Notes under the pieces: model-generated | Databases searched by the model: none | What the model was told of the DNA's origin: nothing | What the model saw: only the letters and a program-made list of their open reading frames with translations | Part shown: one piece after another, positions 1-9,979 of the stretch | How the letters are laid out: each line of letters starts with the position of its first letter | Position numbering within the stretch: the first letter of the stretch is position 1 | IMG/VR virus record: IMGVR_UViG_3300032314_000556 | Span: 1 to 51,104 of that record | Source of the DNA: a virus | Taxonomy: Duplodnaviria; Caudoviricetes | Reading direction: 5' to 3' (one strand) | DNA: 51,104 nt | Translations under genes and position numbers: made by a program

Positions 1-605
1 AAGAAAAGGATGAAGAAATCACATCTAAAGATGCGAAATATGTAGTTAACTCAATTTTATCAGCACTTGCCAATAATTTAGAGGATGATGATAAAGAAGA
101 TATTATTTCTAAATTAGAAGGTGAGGAAGATGCCGACTATGGAATGGAACCATCTGGTATGGAAGATGAAATGCCAGCCGATGATATGGGTATGGAAGAT
201 GAAATGCCAGCCGACGAAGAAATGCCATCTGATGACATGGGAATGGAAGATGAAACAAAAGCTGAAGTTGGAGAAGCAGAATTAATGCAAGGTTTAGTGT
301 CAAAAATATTCTCAGAATCTAAAGTCGATAAAATATTATCAAAGTATTTTGTTGTGACTGAAAGTGAGAAAAAATTTAATGAAGCTAAAGAAAATAACAA
401 AAAAGTTATTTTAGAAAAGAAAAAGAAAATGGACAAGAAAAAAATTGGACAACTTTCTGAATCTGCAAAACAAGCTTCAATTGCTGAAAATATTGTTGAA
501 AACTTCCCTGAGATTAGTTTTGTTGGAAAAACAAACAAGGGTAATTTAGTTTTTGAACATAATAATAAGCAATTGAAAGTATCACCAAAAGGTGAATTGT
601 TATGA
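1..605 (+). CDS. Acidic hypothetical protein, 5'-truncated by the window (possible prohead/internal protein)
   Basis: The frame of ORF 144..605 is open back to position 3 (EKDEEITSKDAKYVVNSILSAL...). It carries D/E/M-rich repeats (GMEDEMPAD) and overlaps the next gene (ATGA). Confidence 0.75.
   Translation, partial: EKDEEITSKDAKYVVNSILSALANNLEDDDKEDIISKLEGEEDADYGMEPSGMEDEMPADDMGMEDEMPADEEMPSDDMGMEDETKAEVGEAELMQGLVSKIFSESKVDKILSKYFVVTESEKKFNEAKENNKKVILEKKKKMDKKKIGQLSESAKQASIAENIVENFPEISFVGKTNKGNLVFEHNNKQLKVSPKGELL
156..214 (+). repeat. 33-nt-period tandem repeat encoding GMEDEMPAD
   Basis: ggtatggaagatgaaatgccagccga occurs at 156 and 189, with degenerate copies to ~255. Confidence 0.8.
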
Positions 606-1000
606 GTTATTTAGTTTTTGTAAACGGATTAGGACCAAATTACAAGGGAAATAAAATTTATGAATTCGTTTTCTCAAGTAGTTTAGATGTATGGGGAGAT
701 GACTGGGACACTGAACCAGCAAACGGAAACCCAACATCTCCCGAAGCTGAATATATTAAGAAAGTAGGAGTTTTGAATAGGGAAGGGATAGACCTCGAAC
801 TTATCCAAAACTCCGATTTTTTTTCAATGAAGGACGGAGTTGACAAAGTTGTTGCTCTTGGATGGGAAAGAGACAAAGAGTTAGATAATAGACTTGTTTT
901 TCACTTTGGAGATACTGAAGAAGTTGTTAAAAACAAATTGTACGAAAAAGACATAATTTTAGAATTTTATAAAGAATTTGAACATGGACAAAAAAAATAA
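602..1000 (+). CDS. Hypothetical phage protein
   Basis: 132-aa ORF, translationally coupled to the upstream gene. Confidence 0.75.
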   Translation: MSYLVFVNGLGPNYKGNKIYEFVFSSSLDVWGDDWDTEPANGNPTSPEAEYIKKVGVLNREGIDLELIQNSDFFSMKDGVDKVVALGWERDKELDNRLVFHFGDTEEVVKNKLYEKDIILEFYKEFEHGQKK

Positions 1001-1832
1001 AAACATTCAGGAAATGAGAAAAATAGGTTTCTCACAAAAAACATTATCTTTGTTGAACGAATCACAAATTGCCGTACTTTTGGAGAAGATTAAAAAGGAG
1101 GAAACTAAAGAAATCCAACAAAAAACAACTTTTACTGCGGATAAATCTGAAGTAGATAAGGGAGTTGCAATTCCCCCAAAAACTACTAAAGTAAAAATGA
1201 ATTCAGATGGTTCTGCTGAGTTTTCAGAAGGTAAAAAGAAAGAAACTAAAGAGGTTGAAGAAAAAAAATCTTACTTAGCGAGTCCTGATGAGGTTAAAAA
1301 GGGTGTTAATGTGCCTACTGGAACTACTAAAGTTAAAATGAATCAAGATGGTTCTGCTGAGTTTTCAGAAAGTAAAAAGAAAAAAAAGAAATACAATCCG
1401 TTTGCAGTTTGTACGGCATCAGTTGGCAGAAAAAACAAAAAGAAATATGAAGATTGTGTGATGGGAGTTAAAGAAAAAATTAAAGAAGGTAGAAATCCAT
1501 ATGAATATCTTATAGAATCAAAGATGGAAGAGATTGTTTCTGAGCACCTATCACCAAAAATGACAAAAAGTGAACTAATGAATATTATTTCAGAAAAGAA
1601 AATGATGAAAAAACCAATTGGTAAAATGATGTCAATGAAAGGAGAGACTATGGAAAATGAAACAGCTCCAGCTCCTGAAAGAACAACTACAACTCCAGCA
1701 GAACCAAAAACAAGACCATCACATCCTGGCAAAAATCCTAGACCTGACCAATCACCTGCTCCTGCAAAGGCTGAAGATGAGAAAGAGAAAATTATAAACA
1801 TGATTATTAAACTAATAGGGAAGGGAAAATGA
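984..1832 (+). CDS. Lys/Glu-rich hypothetical protein with a 47-aa internal duplication (putative head-internal protein)
   Basis: ATG at 984 is preferred to TTG at 978. KGVxxPxxTTKVKMNxDGSAEFSExKKK occurs twice. Confidence 0.75.
   Translation: MDKKNKNIQEMRKIGFSQKTLSLLNESQIAVLLEKIKKEETKEIQQKTTFTADKSEVDKGVAIPPKTTKVKMNSDGSAEFSEGKKKETKEVEEKKSYLASPDEVKKGVNVPTGTTKVKMNQDGSAEFSESKKKKKKYNPFAVCTASVGRKNKKKYEDCVMGVKEKIKEGRNPYEYLIESKMEEIVSEHLSPKMTKSELMNIISEKKMMKKPIGKMMSMKGETMENETAPAPERTTTTPAEPKTRPSHPGKNPRPDQSPAPAKAEDEKEKIINMIIKLIGKGK
1181..1383 (+). repeat. Direct repeat, 141-nt period
   Basis: aactactaaagtwaaaatgaat...gatggttctgctgagttttcagaargtaaaaagaaa starts at 1181 and at 1322. Confidence 0.85.
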
Positions 1833-3100
1833 AAAAAATAAAATTGACTGAAAAAGATTTAACAAGAATTGTTAAAAGAATAGTAAATGAAGCTCCTGTT
1901 GATTATGGAGATTATCCCGAAAGAATGGACCCTAGTTTGGAAAGAAAAGTAGGAAGTCCTGAAAGTTTATATGCAAAAAATCCTGCTTTTAGAAAAGGAG
2001 CCGCCGATGTAGAAAGAATGGCGGGTAAAAGATTTAAAGAAGTAGTCGATAGAGTTAGAGACGCTTTTGACCAACCAAATTTATCATCTGAGCAAGTAAG
2101 AAATCAAATTATGGGTCAAATGATGATGCTAACACAAAGAATTATGTCAATTGAAAGTGAACACAATGAAGAATTAACTGATTTGGCTCTTGAACTTGCT
2201 CTTGAGGAAACAGGTACCCCAAAAGAATGGTATCAATTTGATTTAACTTTAGGTGGGAGACCTCCAAGCACCCAAGGATTTCAAATGAAGCAGAAAGAAA
2301 AACCAAAATTTGAATTACCAAAATCTTTTGACATTGACGTTGAAACTGACGAAGAACAATTCCAATCTGAAGTTGACAAAAGAAATGTAATTAATTTGAT
2401 TATTCAAGGTGAAGCAAAAAAAGGTCACTATTCATTTATGAAACCTTCATATATGAATAGTCTCGAAGATATTGACCCTCAACTCCCAACCTTATATAGA
2501 CAAGTAATGGCGGCAAATGATTTGTTGTATTTTACAATGGAACAAATGATTGAAATGATGAGCCAGACGGGTTCAGGTGTTGCGGGTAAAATGAAATTAG
2601 AAGATGCCGACGATGATGAAGGTGGAGAAGATGCTCCTGATACAAAAATTGTTGCAAGCGGAATTATTTTCCCTATTCTTCTTCATGAAATTATTAAAGG
2701 TTTAGAAGAGGCACCATCAAGAGCTCAATTTGCTGAAATGGACCCTGAAAGGGCTGCAAATGTTATGGGGCAAACTGATATTTTATCAAATGAACCGATG
2801 CAATTAAGGCTTGGGCCTGCCGTTATTGAGTCAATTAAATTTGTGTTACCTGATGAAATGTTTGAACCTGAAAATGTGGCACTTAATCCTTGGTTCAAAA
2901 GAGAACTTTATAAAATCCCGGCAAAAGAATTTTTGAGCTTGGTTGGTGATGCAATTTCTGAAGATTCAAAAGATAATGACAAAGCAAAAAGAAGATTTAC
3001 TGAAATTATGAGGGCCGCTCAAGATGCTAAAAAACAATATGATGATTATAACACTGGAAAGGACCAAGAAGATATGGACGACTTTTTAGCAAGTTTATAA
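1829..3100 (+). CDS. Hypothetical protein with N-terminal KLTExDL..IVKRIVNE leader (putative head-packaged protein)
   Basis: 423-aa ORF. The N-terminus MKKIKLTEKDLTRIVKRIVNE is shared in pattern with 21219..21785 and 21797..22393. Confidence 0.75.
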   Translation: MKKIKLTEKDLTRIVKRIVNEAPVDYGDYPERMDPSLERKVGSPESLYAKNPAFRKGAADVERMAGKRFKEVVDRVRDAFDQPNLSSEQVRNQIMGQMMMLTQRIMSIESEHNEELTDLALELALEETGTPKEWYQFDLTLGGRPPSTQGFQMKQKEKPKFELPKSFDIDVETDEEQFQSEVDKRNVINLIIQGEAKKGHYSFMKPSYMNSLEDIDPQLPTLYRQVMAANDLLYFTMEQMIEMMSQTGSGVAGKMKLEDADDDEGGEDAPDTKIVASGIIFPILLHEIIKGLEEAPSRAQFAEMDPERAANVMGQTDILSNEPMQLRLGPAVIESIKFVLPDEMFEPENVALNPWFKRELYKIPAKEFLSLVGDAISEDSKDNDKAKRRFTEIMRAAQDAKKQYDDYNTGKDQEDMDDFLASL

Positions 3101-3120
3101 TGTAAATAGATTTAAAATTG

Positions 3121-3149
3121 AAACCCCCTCTAACAAAAGGGGGTTTTTT
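3121..3149 (+). terminator. Rho-independent terminator
   Basis: Stem aaaccccct / agggggttt followed by a T tract, downstream of the 3100 stop. Confidence 0.8.
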
Positions 3150-3150
3150 G

Positions 3151-3158
3151 TATTTATA
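3151..3158 (+). promoter_or_regulatory. Putative late promoter TATTTATA for terminase
   Basis: Directly follows the terminator; the TATTTAT core ends 13 nt before ATG 3171. The motif recurs before many genes. Confidence 0.65.
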
Positions 3159-3170
3159 AAAAAAAGTCAA

Positions 3171-4922
3171 ATGTCTTTAACAAAAGAACAAGTTTTATTG
3201 GAATATGGAAAGTGCATGAAAAGTACACCATATGCACTAAAAACTTACCTACAAACTTACGATAACACATCTTCAAAATATGTTCCACTCGAACTATTTC
3301 CTGACCAACAAACTTTGATTGAGGATTATGAAAACTTCAATGAAAATATTGCATTAAAATACCGTCAAGCTGGCGTGTCTACAGTTACTGCGGCATGGGC
3401 TTCTAAAAGAATTGCTTTTGCAAAGAAAACAAAACCTGAAAAGATTTTGATTATTGCAAACAAACTTGACACTGCCGTGGAAATGGCAAATAAGGTAAGA
3501 GGATTTACCGAACAATGGCCATCTTGGACAGGTATTGGATTTTCAGCTGAGAAGAATTCACAAAGACACTTTAAATTAAATAACGGATGTGAAGTTAAAG
3601 CGGTTGCAACATCAAAGGATGCGTTGAGAGGTTATACACCAACAATATTAATATTTGACGAGGCTGCGTATATCGAAGCTGATTCTGACTTTTGGGCGGC
3701 TTGTATGGCATCCCTCTCAACAGGGGGTAAAGTAATTGTAATTTCAACTCCAAACGGATTTGACGCAATATACTATGAAATCTATGACCAAGCCCTTAGA
3801 AATATGAATGAGTTTAAGGTTTCAGAAATGGTTTGGTATAAAGACCCAAGATATGCAAAGGATTTATCTCTTATTAAGGTTACTGATATTATTCATTTTT
3901 ATTTAAATAGGGAAGAATATCCCGAATTTGAATCTGTAGATTATGCATCAATCCCATTTAAAGAAAGAAATTTTGAAGATGTTAAAGATTTAATTTCTAA
4001 AGGATATAAACCTACTTCTTCTTGGTATGAGTCAATGGTTAAAAAACTCAAGTATGATAGAAGAAAGGTTAATCAAGAATTGGAATGTAAATTTCTTGGC
4101 TCAGGAGATAATGTATTTGATTCTGAGGTACTCCAAAATTACAGAGAAAATTATATAAAAGAGCCTGTTAATAAAATGATGGGTGGAGCAATTTGGATTT
4201 GGAAGGAGCCTGTTATTGGTCACAAATATATTATGGGGGTCGATGTTAGCAGGGGAGATAGTGAAGATTTTTCCTGTATTCAAATTGTTGATTTCGATGA
4301 AAGAGAACAAGTATTTGAATATGTTGGAAAACTTCCACCTGACACACTTGCCGAAATTTGTTATAAATGGGGTAATATGTACTCGGCTTTTATTGTTATT
4401 GATATAACAGGAGGAATGGGTGTGACCACCGCAAGAAAACTACAAGAGCTCGGATATAAAGATTTATATGTTGATGGAGTTGACCATTTTAATAAATGGA
4501 AATATGACCCAAAAACTCAAGATAAAATACCTGGAATTAACTTTAATAATAAAAGGGTACAAATTATCGCATCTTTTGAGGAATCATTAAGACACAATTT
4601 TAAAATTTATTCTTCAAGATTGTTAAATGAAATGGGAACCTTTATATATATTAATGGAAGGCCTGACCATCAAAAGGGGCATCACGATGACTTAATAATG
4701 TCAATTGCGATGTGTACTTATGTGTCAGAATCTTCATTTACATCAATATCAAAAGTAACACAACATACAAAGGCAATGTTAGAATCTTGGCAAGTTTCAT
4801 CAAATACTCAAAGAAGGTCAGATTTTTTTAATCCTGTTATGGGTGATAGTAAACAAGTTCAAAATCAGCCTACAAAAAATGATTACATAAACTATAATTG
4901 GTTATTTGGAGGACGTAAGTAA
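3171..4922 (+). CDS. terL: Terminase large subunit (T4 gp17-like)
   Basis: Adenine-binding FPDQ, Walker A KYRQAGVST, Walker B ILIFDEAA, motif III ISTPNG, nuclease GVDVSRG and HDDL. Confidence 0.95.
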   Translation: MSLTKEQVLLEYGKCMKSTPYALKTYLQTYDNTSSKYVPLELFPDQQTLIEDYENFNENIALKYRQAGVSTVTAAWASKRIAFAKKTKPEKILIIANKLDTAVEMANKVRGFTEQWPSWTGIGFSAEKNSQRHFKLNNGCEVKAVATSKDALRGYTPTILIFDEAAYIEADSDFWAACMASLSTGGKVIVISTPNGFDAIYYEIYDQALRNMNEFKVSEMVWYKDPRYAKDLSLIKVTDIIHFYLNREEYPEFESVDYASIPFKERNFEDVKDLISKGYKPTSSWYESMVKKLKYDRRKVNQELECKFLGSGDNVFDSEVLQNYRENYIKEPVNKMMGGAIWIWKEPVIGHKYIMGVDVSRGDSEDFSCIQIVDFDEREQVFEYVGKLPPDTLAEICYKWGNMYSAFIVIDITGGMGVTTARKLQELGYKDLYVDGVDHFNKWKYDPKTQDKIPGINFNNKRVQIIASFEESLRHNFKIYSSRLLNEMGTFIYINGRPDHQKGHHDDLIMSIAMCTYVSESSFTSISKVTQHTKAMLESWQVSSNTQRRSDFFNPVMGDSKQVQNQPTKNDYINYNWLFGGRK

Positions 4923-7900
4923 TGGGTTTACAAAGAAGACCGAAAACAGGTAGAAAATTCGACGGTAGTAAAATGATTATCCAAAACAATGGTGTAAAAA
5001 CTGTTGTTACTAAGGAGGTAATTGAAAAAGTTGTACCTCCAGTCGCTGGCCCTAACGTACTTTTAACACCACCTGTAACCCCTAGTAATACTCCTACTCC
5101 AGCTATTACACCCACAAATAGTTTAACTCCTACAAATAGTAGGACACCTGATGCTACACCAGATTTGACCCCAAGTCAAACTCCAACAACTAGTATAACT
5201 GCTTCTATAACCCCAAGTACAACACCAACAATTAGTGTTAGTCCGTCAGTCACCCCAACTAAAACACCAGTAAAAACACCATCTAATACTAGAACACCTG
5301 AACCACCATTACCTAGCAATAGTCGAACCCCTACCAATACACCCACAACCTCAATTACACCAAGTCAAACTCCAACAACCTCAATTACACCAAGTCAAAC
5401 TCCAACAAATACAGCAACACCAAGTCAAACTCCAACAAATCAGGGTACTCCAACTCCAACAAAAACACAAAGACCAACCCCAACTCCAACACGTACTCCT
5501 GACCCTAGCCCACAACCTAGCCCAACGCCAAAAGTTACACGAACCCCAGAAAGAACTGCAACCGCAACTCCAACAAACACAAAAACTCCTGGAGCAAGTG
5601 CTGATGTAACCCCAACATCATCAAGAACTCCAAGCCCAACAAAAACACCAAGAACGACTAGAACTGCTCCAGAAAGCCCACTACCATCTCAAACCCCACC
5701 ACCAAATCCAAGTAATACTGCCACACAAACACCAACACCAAGTCCAACAAGGACTAGACCTTCAAATTTTAGGTGTGATTGTTGGTTAATTGAATTAAGG
5801 AACGAAGATGGCGAATGTACGCCCGACAATCCTAAAAATACTTTTTTTGATTATAGTTATTATAATTGTAATGGTGTTTATATAAAATTACAAGGTTGTC
5901 AAAACCAATCAATTTATGTCACAGGTAGTCAACCTGTACCTGAAAACGATAATGTACAAACAAGAAATTTTGGACAGGCGGGAGAAGGAATCGCTTGTCC
6001 TAGTGGTCCACCTGCTTCACCACTAGTAACACGAACTCAAACACCAACACGAAGAGCTACCCCAACTGCAACGGTAACTCCTACATCAACACCTAATATA
6101 ACACCTACTAATACTGTTACTAGTAGCTCAACCCCTACAAGAAATCTAAATTCTCCTACCCCTACATCAACACCTACACCTTCACAAACACCCACATCAA
6201 CTCCGGCTTCAACACCTCCTCAAACACAGCCAGTTGGAGTTACTCCAGCCGCTACGGCAACTCCGGCTTCAACTCAGACTCCAACTAAGACTCCAACTCC
6301 GACTTCAACAAAACCTTTAGGTCCTTGTGTTGTACCAACAACAAGTCCAATAAGGGCCTTACACTACGGATTTTTTAGTAACACATACCCCCTTGGATTA
6401 ATTTGGAACTCTGCTTTTGATACTACCACTGCCTGTCAAAGATTTTTTGAATGGCAATCTTCTGGTAATGATGCAAATCCATCTCTTTATGCTGTTAGAA
6501 CAGAGTCAGGAAATTGGCCAATAATCGGGGATAGAGTTTTTGGTATTAACCAAACTACTTGTGACTGCCCTTCAAATGGCTCTATACCTGATGGTTATTA
6601 TTTTTATAATAATTCTAATTCTCAAGTGAGCCCGCCTAAGGTTGGAGTACCTGCTGGTGTTATAATTTTGAACTGTAGGGTTAGTGCCTTATTTGATTGT
6701 GTGGGCGTAATACCTGCAACTCCTTTACCTACTAAAACGCCTCCTCAAACACAACCAGCTGGAGTAACTCCAACGGCTACGGCGACTCCAACTTCAACTC
6801 AGACTCCAACTCAGACTCCAACACCCACATCAACACCTACACCTTCACAAACACCCACATCAACTCCGGCTTCAACACCTCCTCAAACACAACCAGCTGG
6901 AGTAACTCCAACGGCTACGGCGACTCCAACTTCAACTCAGACTCCAACTTCGACTCCGGCTTCAACTCAGACTCCAACACCCACATCAACCGTTCCATGT
7001 GTTAGACCAACAGGATTGTTAATTTTAGCAGTTACCTTTGATTGGAGAAATAATGGGGTTGTAGAATATGATTTCCGTAACATATATAGCCAACAAGGGA
7101 CAACTTATTTAGACGTGTGTAATGCTTGGCAAGCGGGAACTGATAGTCCAATTCCTAATAACCAATTCACAGTTGGTAATCAAGTTGTAAGGGTACTTGC
7201 ATATGAAGTCGGCAGAAGAGTATATGATTTTCAAAATACCCCTGGATGTAATTGTGTTTTAATAAATGGTTTTTATGCGGTATCATCCTTAAATCCTGCA
7301 AATACTTTTTCAAGAGGAGCATCAATTACAGTTTACACAATTATTGATTGTATAATAACAGCAATAAATACTTGTCCTTTACCCCCTTCACAAACTCCAA
7401 CAGTAACAGCTACTCCACTTATAACTCCAACTAATACACCAACCCCTACATGCGTAAGACCTGGAGGTTTAACATCAATTTATTATGCAAATAGACTTTA
7501 TCAAAATACTGTTAATGGATTACCTGCTGGAGGACCATACAATTTTGGTGTGACATCTAATCAAACTAGTGTCGGTTGTCAAACCTACAATCAATATTTT
7601 CAACAGTGGTCACCCAATGGATGTCCAGTTGCAATTTTTGTAGGAGGGTCAGAAAGTGCCTGCGGAGGAGGACTTGTTGATGTAACAAATTATAATACTT
7701 TATATAATTTTAATGAAAGCGACGTAAATTCACCAGCATATTATCCATTCACACAAAACGTAAGTACTTTCTATACTAACGGTAGTACTAGTTGTGGATG
7801 TGGTAATTTTGCAGGTAACGCTAACATGTGGATAAATGCCACAAACCCATTTCAGCCAATTACAAATTCAAGTGGTGTTTGGACAATTAGATTAGACCCA

Positions 7901-9925
7901 TCGACATGTAAAGTAATTGAGATGAATAAGTGTTCTACCGCACCTCCAACTCCGCAACTTTTATTAAAAAATATTGCAGGACAAAACCCTATACAAATCC
8001 AATTTGGTTCTACTGGTGTTGGCGGTAGTAAACCAAGCAATATGACTGCGTCTATAAATTGGAACGATTTTCCTGGAGGTTCAATCCCCGTAGTTGGTCC
8101 ATTACCTACTACATCAACATGGTCTGTAGGAAATGCTAATTCCCCTTTGATACCATATACCTATACAAATACAGATTCGGTAAAAACTTTAGGGGTAACT
8201 TTTATAAACAACCCATCAACTTTTATAGGTGTTTATGTCAATACCATCAAACTCGTGAGGGTATCTGAAATTGTACCATCAAGTATAAATCCTTTCACTT
8301 TTACACTCTGGAGTAATATTAATAGAATAGACTTAGAAACATGTTCTATAGTTAATTTTAATGGACTTACTTATCCCCCTAATTTGACCCAATTGGTTAT
8401 TCTAACCCATTTAAGTACAACTTTTAATTTAAGTTGGGCGGGAAACATGACTAATTTACAAAATTTTCAATTTGTCAGCTCAACATTTACTACAACTCTA
8501 AATTTTAATTTTTCCAATACAATTTTAACAAGTGGTGCTAATACCCTTGAAGGTTATGGTAGTCCAAGATTAGTTGGAAATAGCGTACTTACAAGTTTAA
8601 CCTTAACTTTACCATCCTCTGTTAATACGTTAAATATTTTAACTATAACTGGTAATCAAAACCTTAGTACATTAACTATTAACGGTAACGTCGCAACCGG
8701 ACTTTCAAGTTATACGGCTTTGCGTGAAATATATGTGTATGCTAATTCCATTGAAGTGTGGCCATTTGAAAATTTTAATTCAACAAATAATATTACCATC
8801 ATTTATATGAACCTGAATACCCAATCTACAAATGCAAACAGAGGTTTTAGTTTAGGATTTAAAATGAATTTTACTAATTTAATTGTATTATCAAAATTAA
8901 GATTACAAGATAACAAAATTTCAAACTCAAATTCACCTTTTACAAATTTTGCTAATTGTGTGAAACTTACAGAATGCTGGTTATTCAATAATTTATTAAC
9001 ATTTATACCATCTTTACCAGTAATTGATTCAGCTTTAAATTTGGACTTGCGTTTTTATAGAAACTTGTTAAATACGAATACTAACCCAACTTGTATTCCA
9101 CCTTTACCTATTAGAACACAAACACTTTATGCCGGATATACACCAAGCACAAACTTTAATGGAACTCAAGAAACAAATATAATACCCTCTTGGCCAACAA
9201 CAGTTACTCTAAATAATACAAATATAAATACTTTTTATTGTCAAGGTGTTTCAATGACTTCTTGGCCTAGTACAATTTCATTTCCCACCGGAACTTCAAA
9301 TTTGATAATATATTTGGAACTTAATCAATTAACAACTTGGGACTTTTCAGTTTGTACAAATGCAAAGCAAGTTTGGCTGAATAGACAACAAAGTAGTAAT
9401 GGTCTCACACTATTTTTAGCAACACTTCAAAATGTTAACTTAGCAACAACTATGAACCGACTAGAGGCTAATTTCAACGCTGTTGATGACCCACAAAAGT
9501 TTTTCTACCCTTTAGCTTCAGCAAATTCAAGATTTTTTCCACCCTCTTTGATAATTCTGAACATTAGAGTTGCTCCTATACTTCCTGCAAATCAACCGTG
9601 GAGTAAAAATTTGTTCGCCTTTGGTGTTGTCAACAGCATAACTACAGTTAATTTACAAAACATGAGTTTAACTTCCGCATCAGTAAACTTCATATTAGAC
9701 CATTTTTATAAACTTTGTACTACAACACCGGCAGGGGCTGCAACAACAATCAAATCCCAATCATGCGCCCCTAATCTTACTACTATATCCATTGACAATA
9801 CTGTTATTTCTACTATATCTGCATCATATAATAACCAACCTCCAACAGCCCCAGCAAACGGACCAAATGGTATAATTGCAAAAACACAATTGAACTCAAT
9901 AGGAGTTCTTACTCCAAATATTTAA
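4922..9925 (+). CDS. 1667-aa mosaic protein: Pro/Thr/Ser-rich linkers, Cys-rich modules and C-terminal LRR-like region (putative virion decoration/fibre protein)
   Basis: Long (TP)n tracts, three related Cys modules, and LRR-like LxxLxLxxNxI/L units (LREIYVYANSI, LSKLRLQDNKI, LTECWLFNNLL). Confidence 0.8.
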   Translation: MGLQRRPKTGRKFDGSKMIIQNNGVKTVVTKEVIEKVVPPVAGPNVLLTPPVTPSNTPTPAITPTNSLTPTNSRTPDATPDLTPSQTPTTSITASITPSTTPTISVSPSVTPTKTPVKTPSNTRTPEPPLPSNSRTPTNTPTTSITPSQTPTTSITPSQTPTNTATPSQTPTNQGTPTPTKTQRPTPTPTRTPDPSPQPSPTPKVTRTPERTATATPTNTKTPGASADVTPTSSRTPSPTKTPRTTRTAPESPLPSQTPPPNPSNTATQTPTPSPTRTRPSNFRCDCWLIELRNEDGECTPDNPKNTFFDYSYYNCNGVYIKLQGCQNQSIYVTGSQPVPENDNVQTRNFGQAGEGIACPSGPPASPLVTRTQTPTRRATPTATVTPTSTPNITPTNTVTSSSTPTRNLNSPTPTSTPTPSQTPTSTPASTPPQTQPVGVTPAATATPASTQTPTKTPTPTSTKPLGPCVVPTTSPIRALHYGFFSNTYPLGLIWNSAFDTTTACQRFFEWQSSGNDANPSLYAVRTESGNWPIIGDRVFGINQTTCDCPSNGSIPDGYYFYNNSNSQVSPPKVGVPAGVIILNCRVSALFDCVGVIPATPLPTKTPPQTQPAGVTPTATATPTSTQTPTQTPTPTSTPTPSQTPTSTPASTPPQTQPAGVTPTATATPTSTQTPTSTPASTQTPTPTSTVPCVRPTGLLILAVTFDWRNNGVVEYDFRNIYSQQGTTYLDVCNAWQAGTDSPIPNNQFTVGNQVVRVLAYEVGRRVYDFQNTPGCNCVLINGFYAVSSLNPANTFSRGASITVYTIIDCIITAINTCPLPPSQTPTVTATPLITPTNTPTPTCVRPGGLTSIYYANRLYQNTVNGLPAGGPYNFGVTSNQTSVGCQTYNQYFQQWSPNGCPVAIFVGGSESACGGGLVDVTNYNTLYNFNESDVNSPAYYPFTQNVSTFYTNGSTSCGCGNFAGNANMWINATNPFQPITNSSGVWTIRLDPSTCKVIEMNKCSTAPPTPQLLLKNIAGQNPIQIQFGSTGVGGSKPSNMTASINWNDFPGGSIPVVGPLPTTSTWSVGNANSPLIPYTYTNTDSVKTLGVTFINNPSTFIGVYVNTIKLVRVSEIVPSSINPFTFTLWSNINRIDLETCSIVNFNGLTYPPNLTQLVILTHLSTTFNLSWAGNMTNLQNFQFVSSTFTTTLNFNFSNTILTSGANTLEGYGSPRLVGNSVLTSLTLTLPSSVNTLNILTITGNQNLSTLTINGNVATGLSSYTALREIYVYANSIEVWPFENFNSTNNITIIYMNLNTQSTNANRGFSLGFKMNFTNLIVLSKLRLQDNKISNSNSPFTNFANCVKLTECWLFNNLLTFIPSLPVIDSALNLDLRFYRNLLNTNTNPTCIPPLPIRTQTLYAGYTPSTNFNGTQETNIIPSWPTTVTLNNTNINTFYCQGVSMTSWPSTISFPTGTSNLIIYLELNQLTTWDFSVCTNAKQVWLNRQQSSNGLTLFLATLQNVNLATTMNRLEANFNAVDDPQKFFYPLASANSRFFPPSLIILNIRVAPILPANQPWSKNLFAFGVVNSITTVNLQNMSLTSASVNFILDHFYKLCTTTPAGAATTIKSQSCAPNLTTISIDNTVISTISASYNNQPPTAPANGPNGIIAKTQLNSIGVLTPNI
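5345..5404 (+). repeat. 30-nt tandem repeat (TTSITPSQTP x2)
   Basis: acaacctcaattacaccaagtcaaactcca occurs twice in tandem. Confidence 0.85.
6164..6949 (+). repeat. Perfect dispersed direct repeats in Pro/Thr linkers
   Basis: 65-nt identity 6164-6228 = 6827-6891; 72-nt identity 6740-6811 = 6878-6949. Confidence 0.8.
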
Positions 9926-9942
9926 TAAACTTTTTTCAAAAC

Positions 9943-9950
9943 TATTTATA
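9943..9950 (+). promoter_or_regulatory. Putative late promoter TATTTATA for portal
   Basis: The motif lies in the short intergenic gap upstream of ATG 9980. Confidence 0.6.
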
Positions 9951-9979
9951 TCAAAAACAAATACAACTAATTTTAAATA

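Noticed and set aside
2678-2702. Zinc-protease motif in ORF 1829..3100
   Set aside because: LLHEIIKG lacks the second His of HExxH, so no function is assigned.
3171-4922. Intein or intron in terminase (or MCP)
   Set aside because: Length and motif spacing are normal, with no intein splice-junction motifs or reading-frame interruption.
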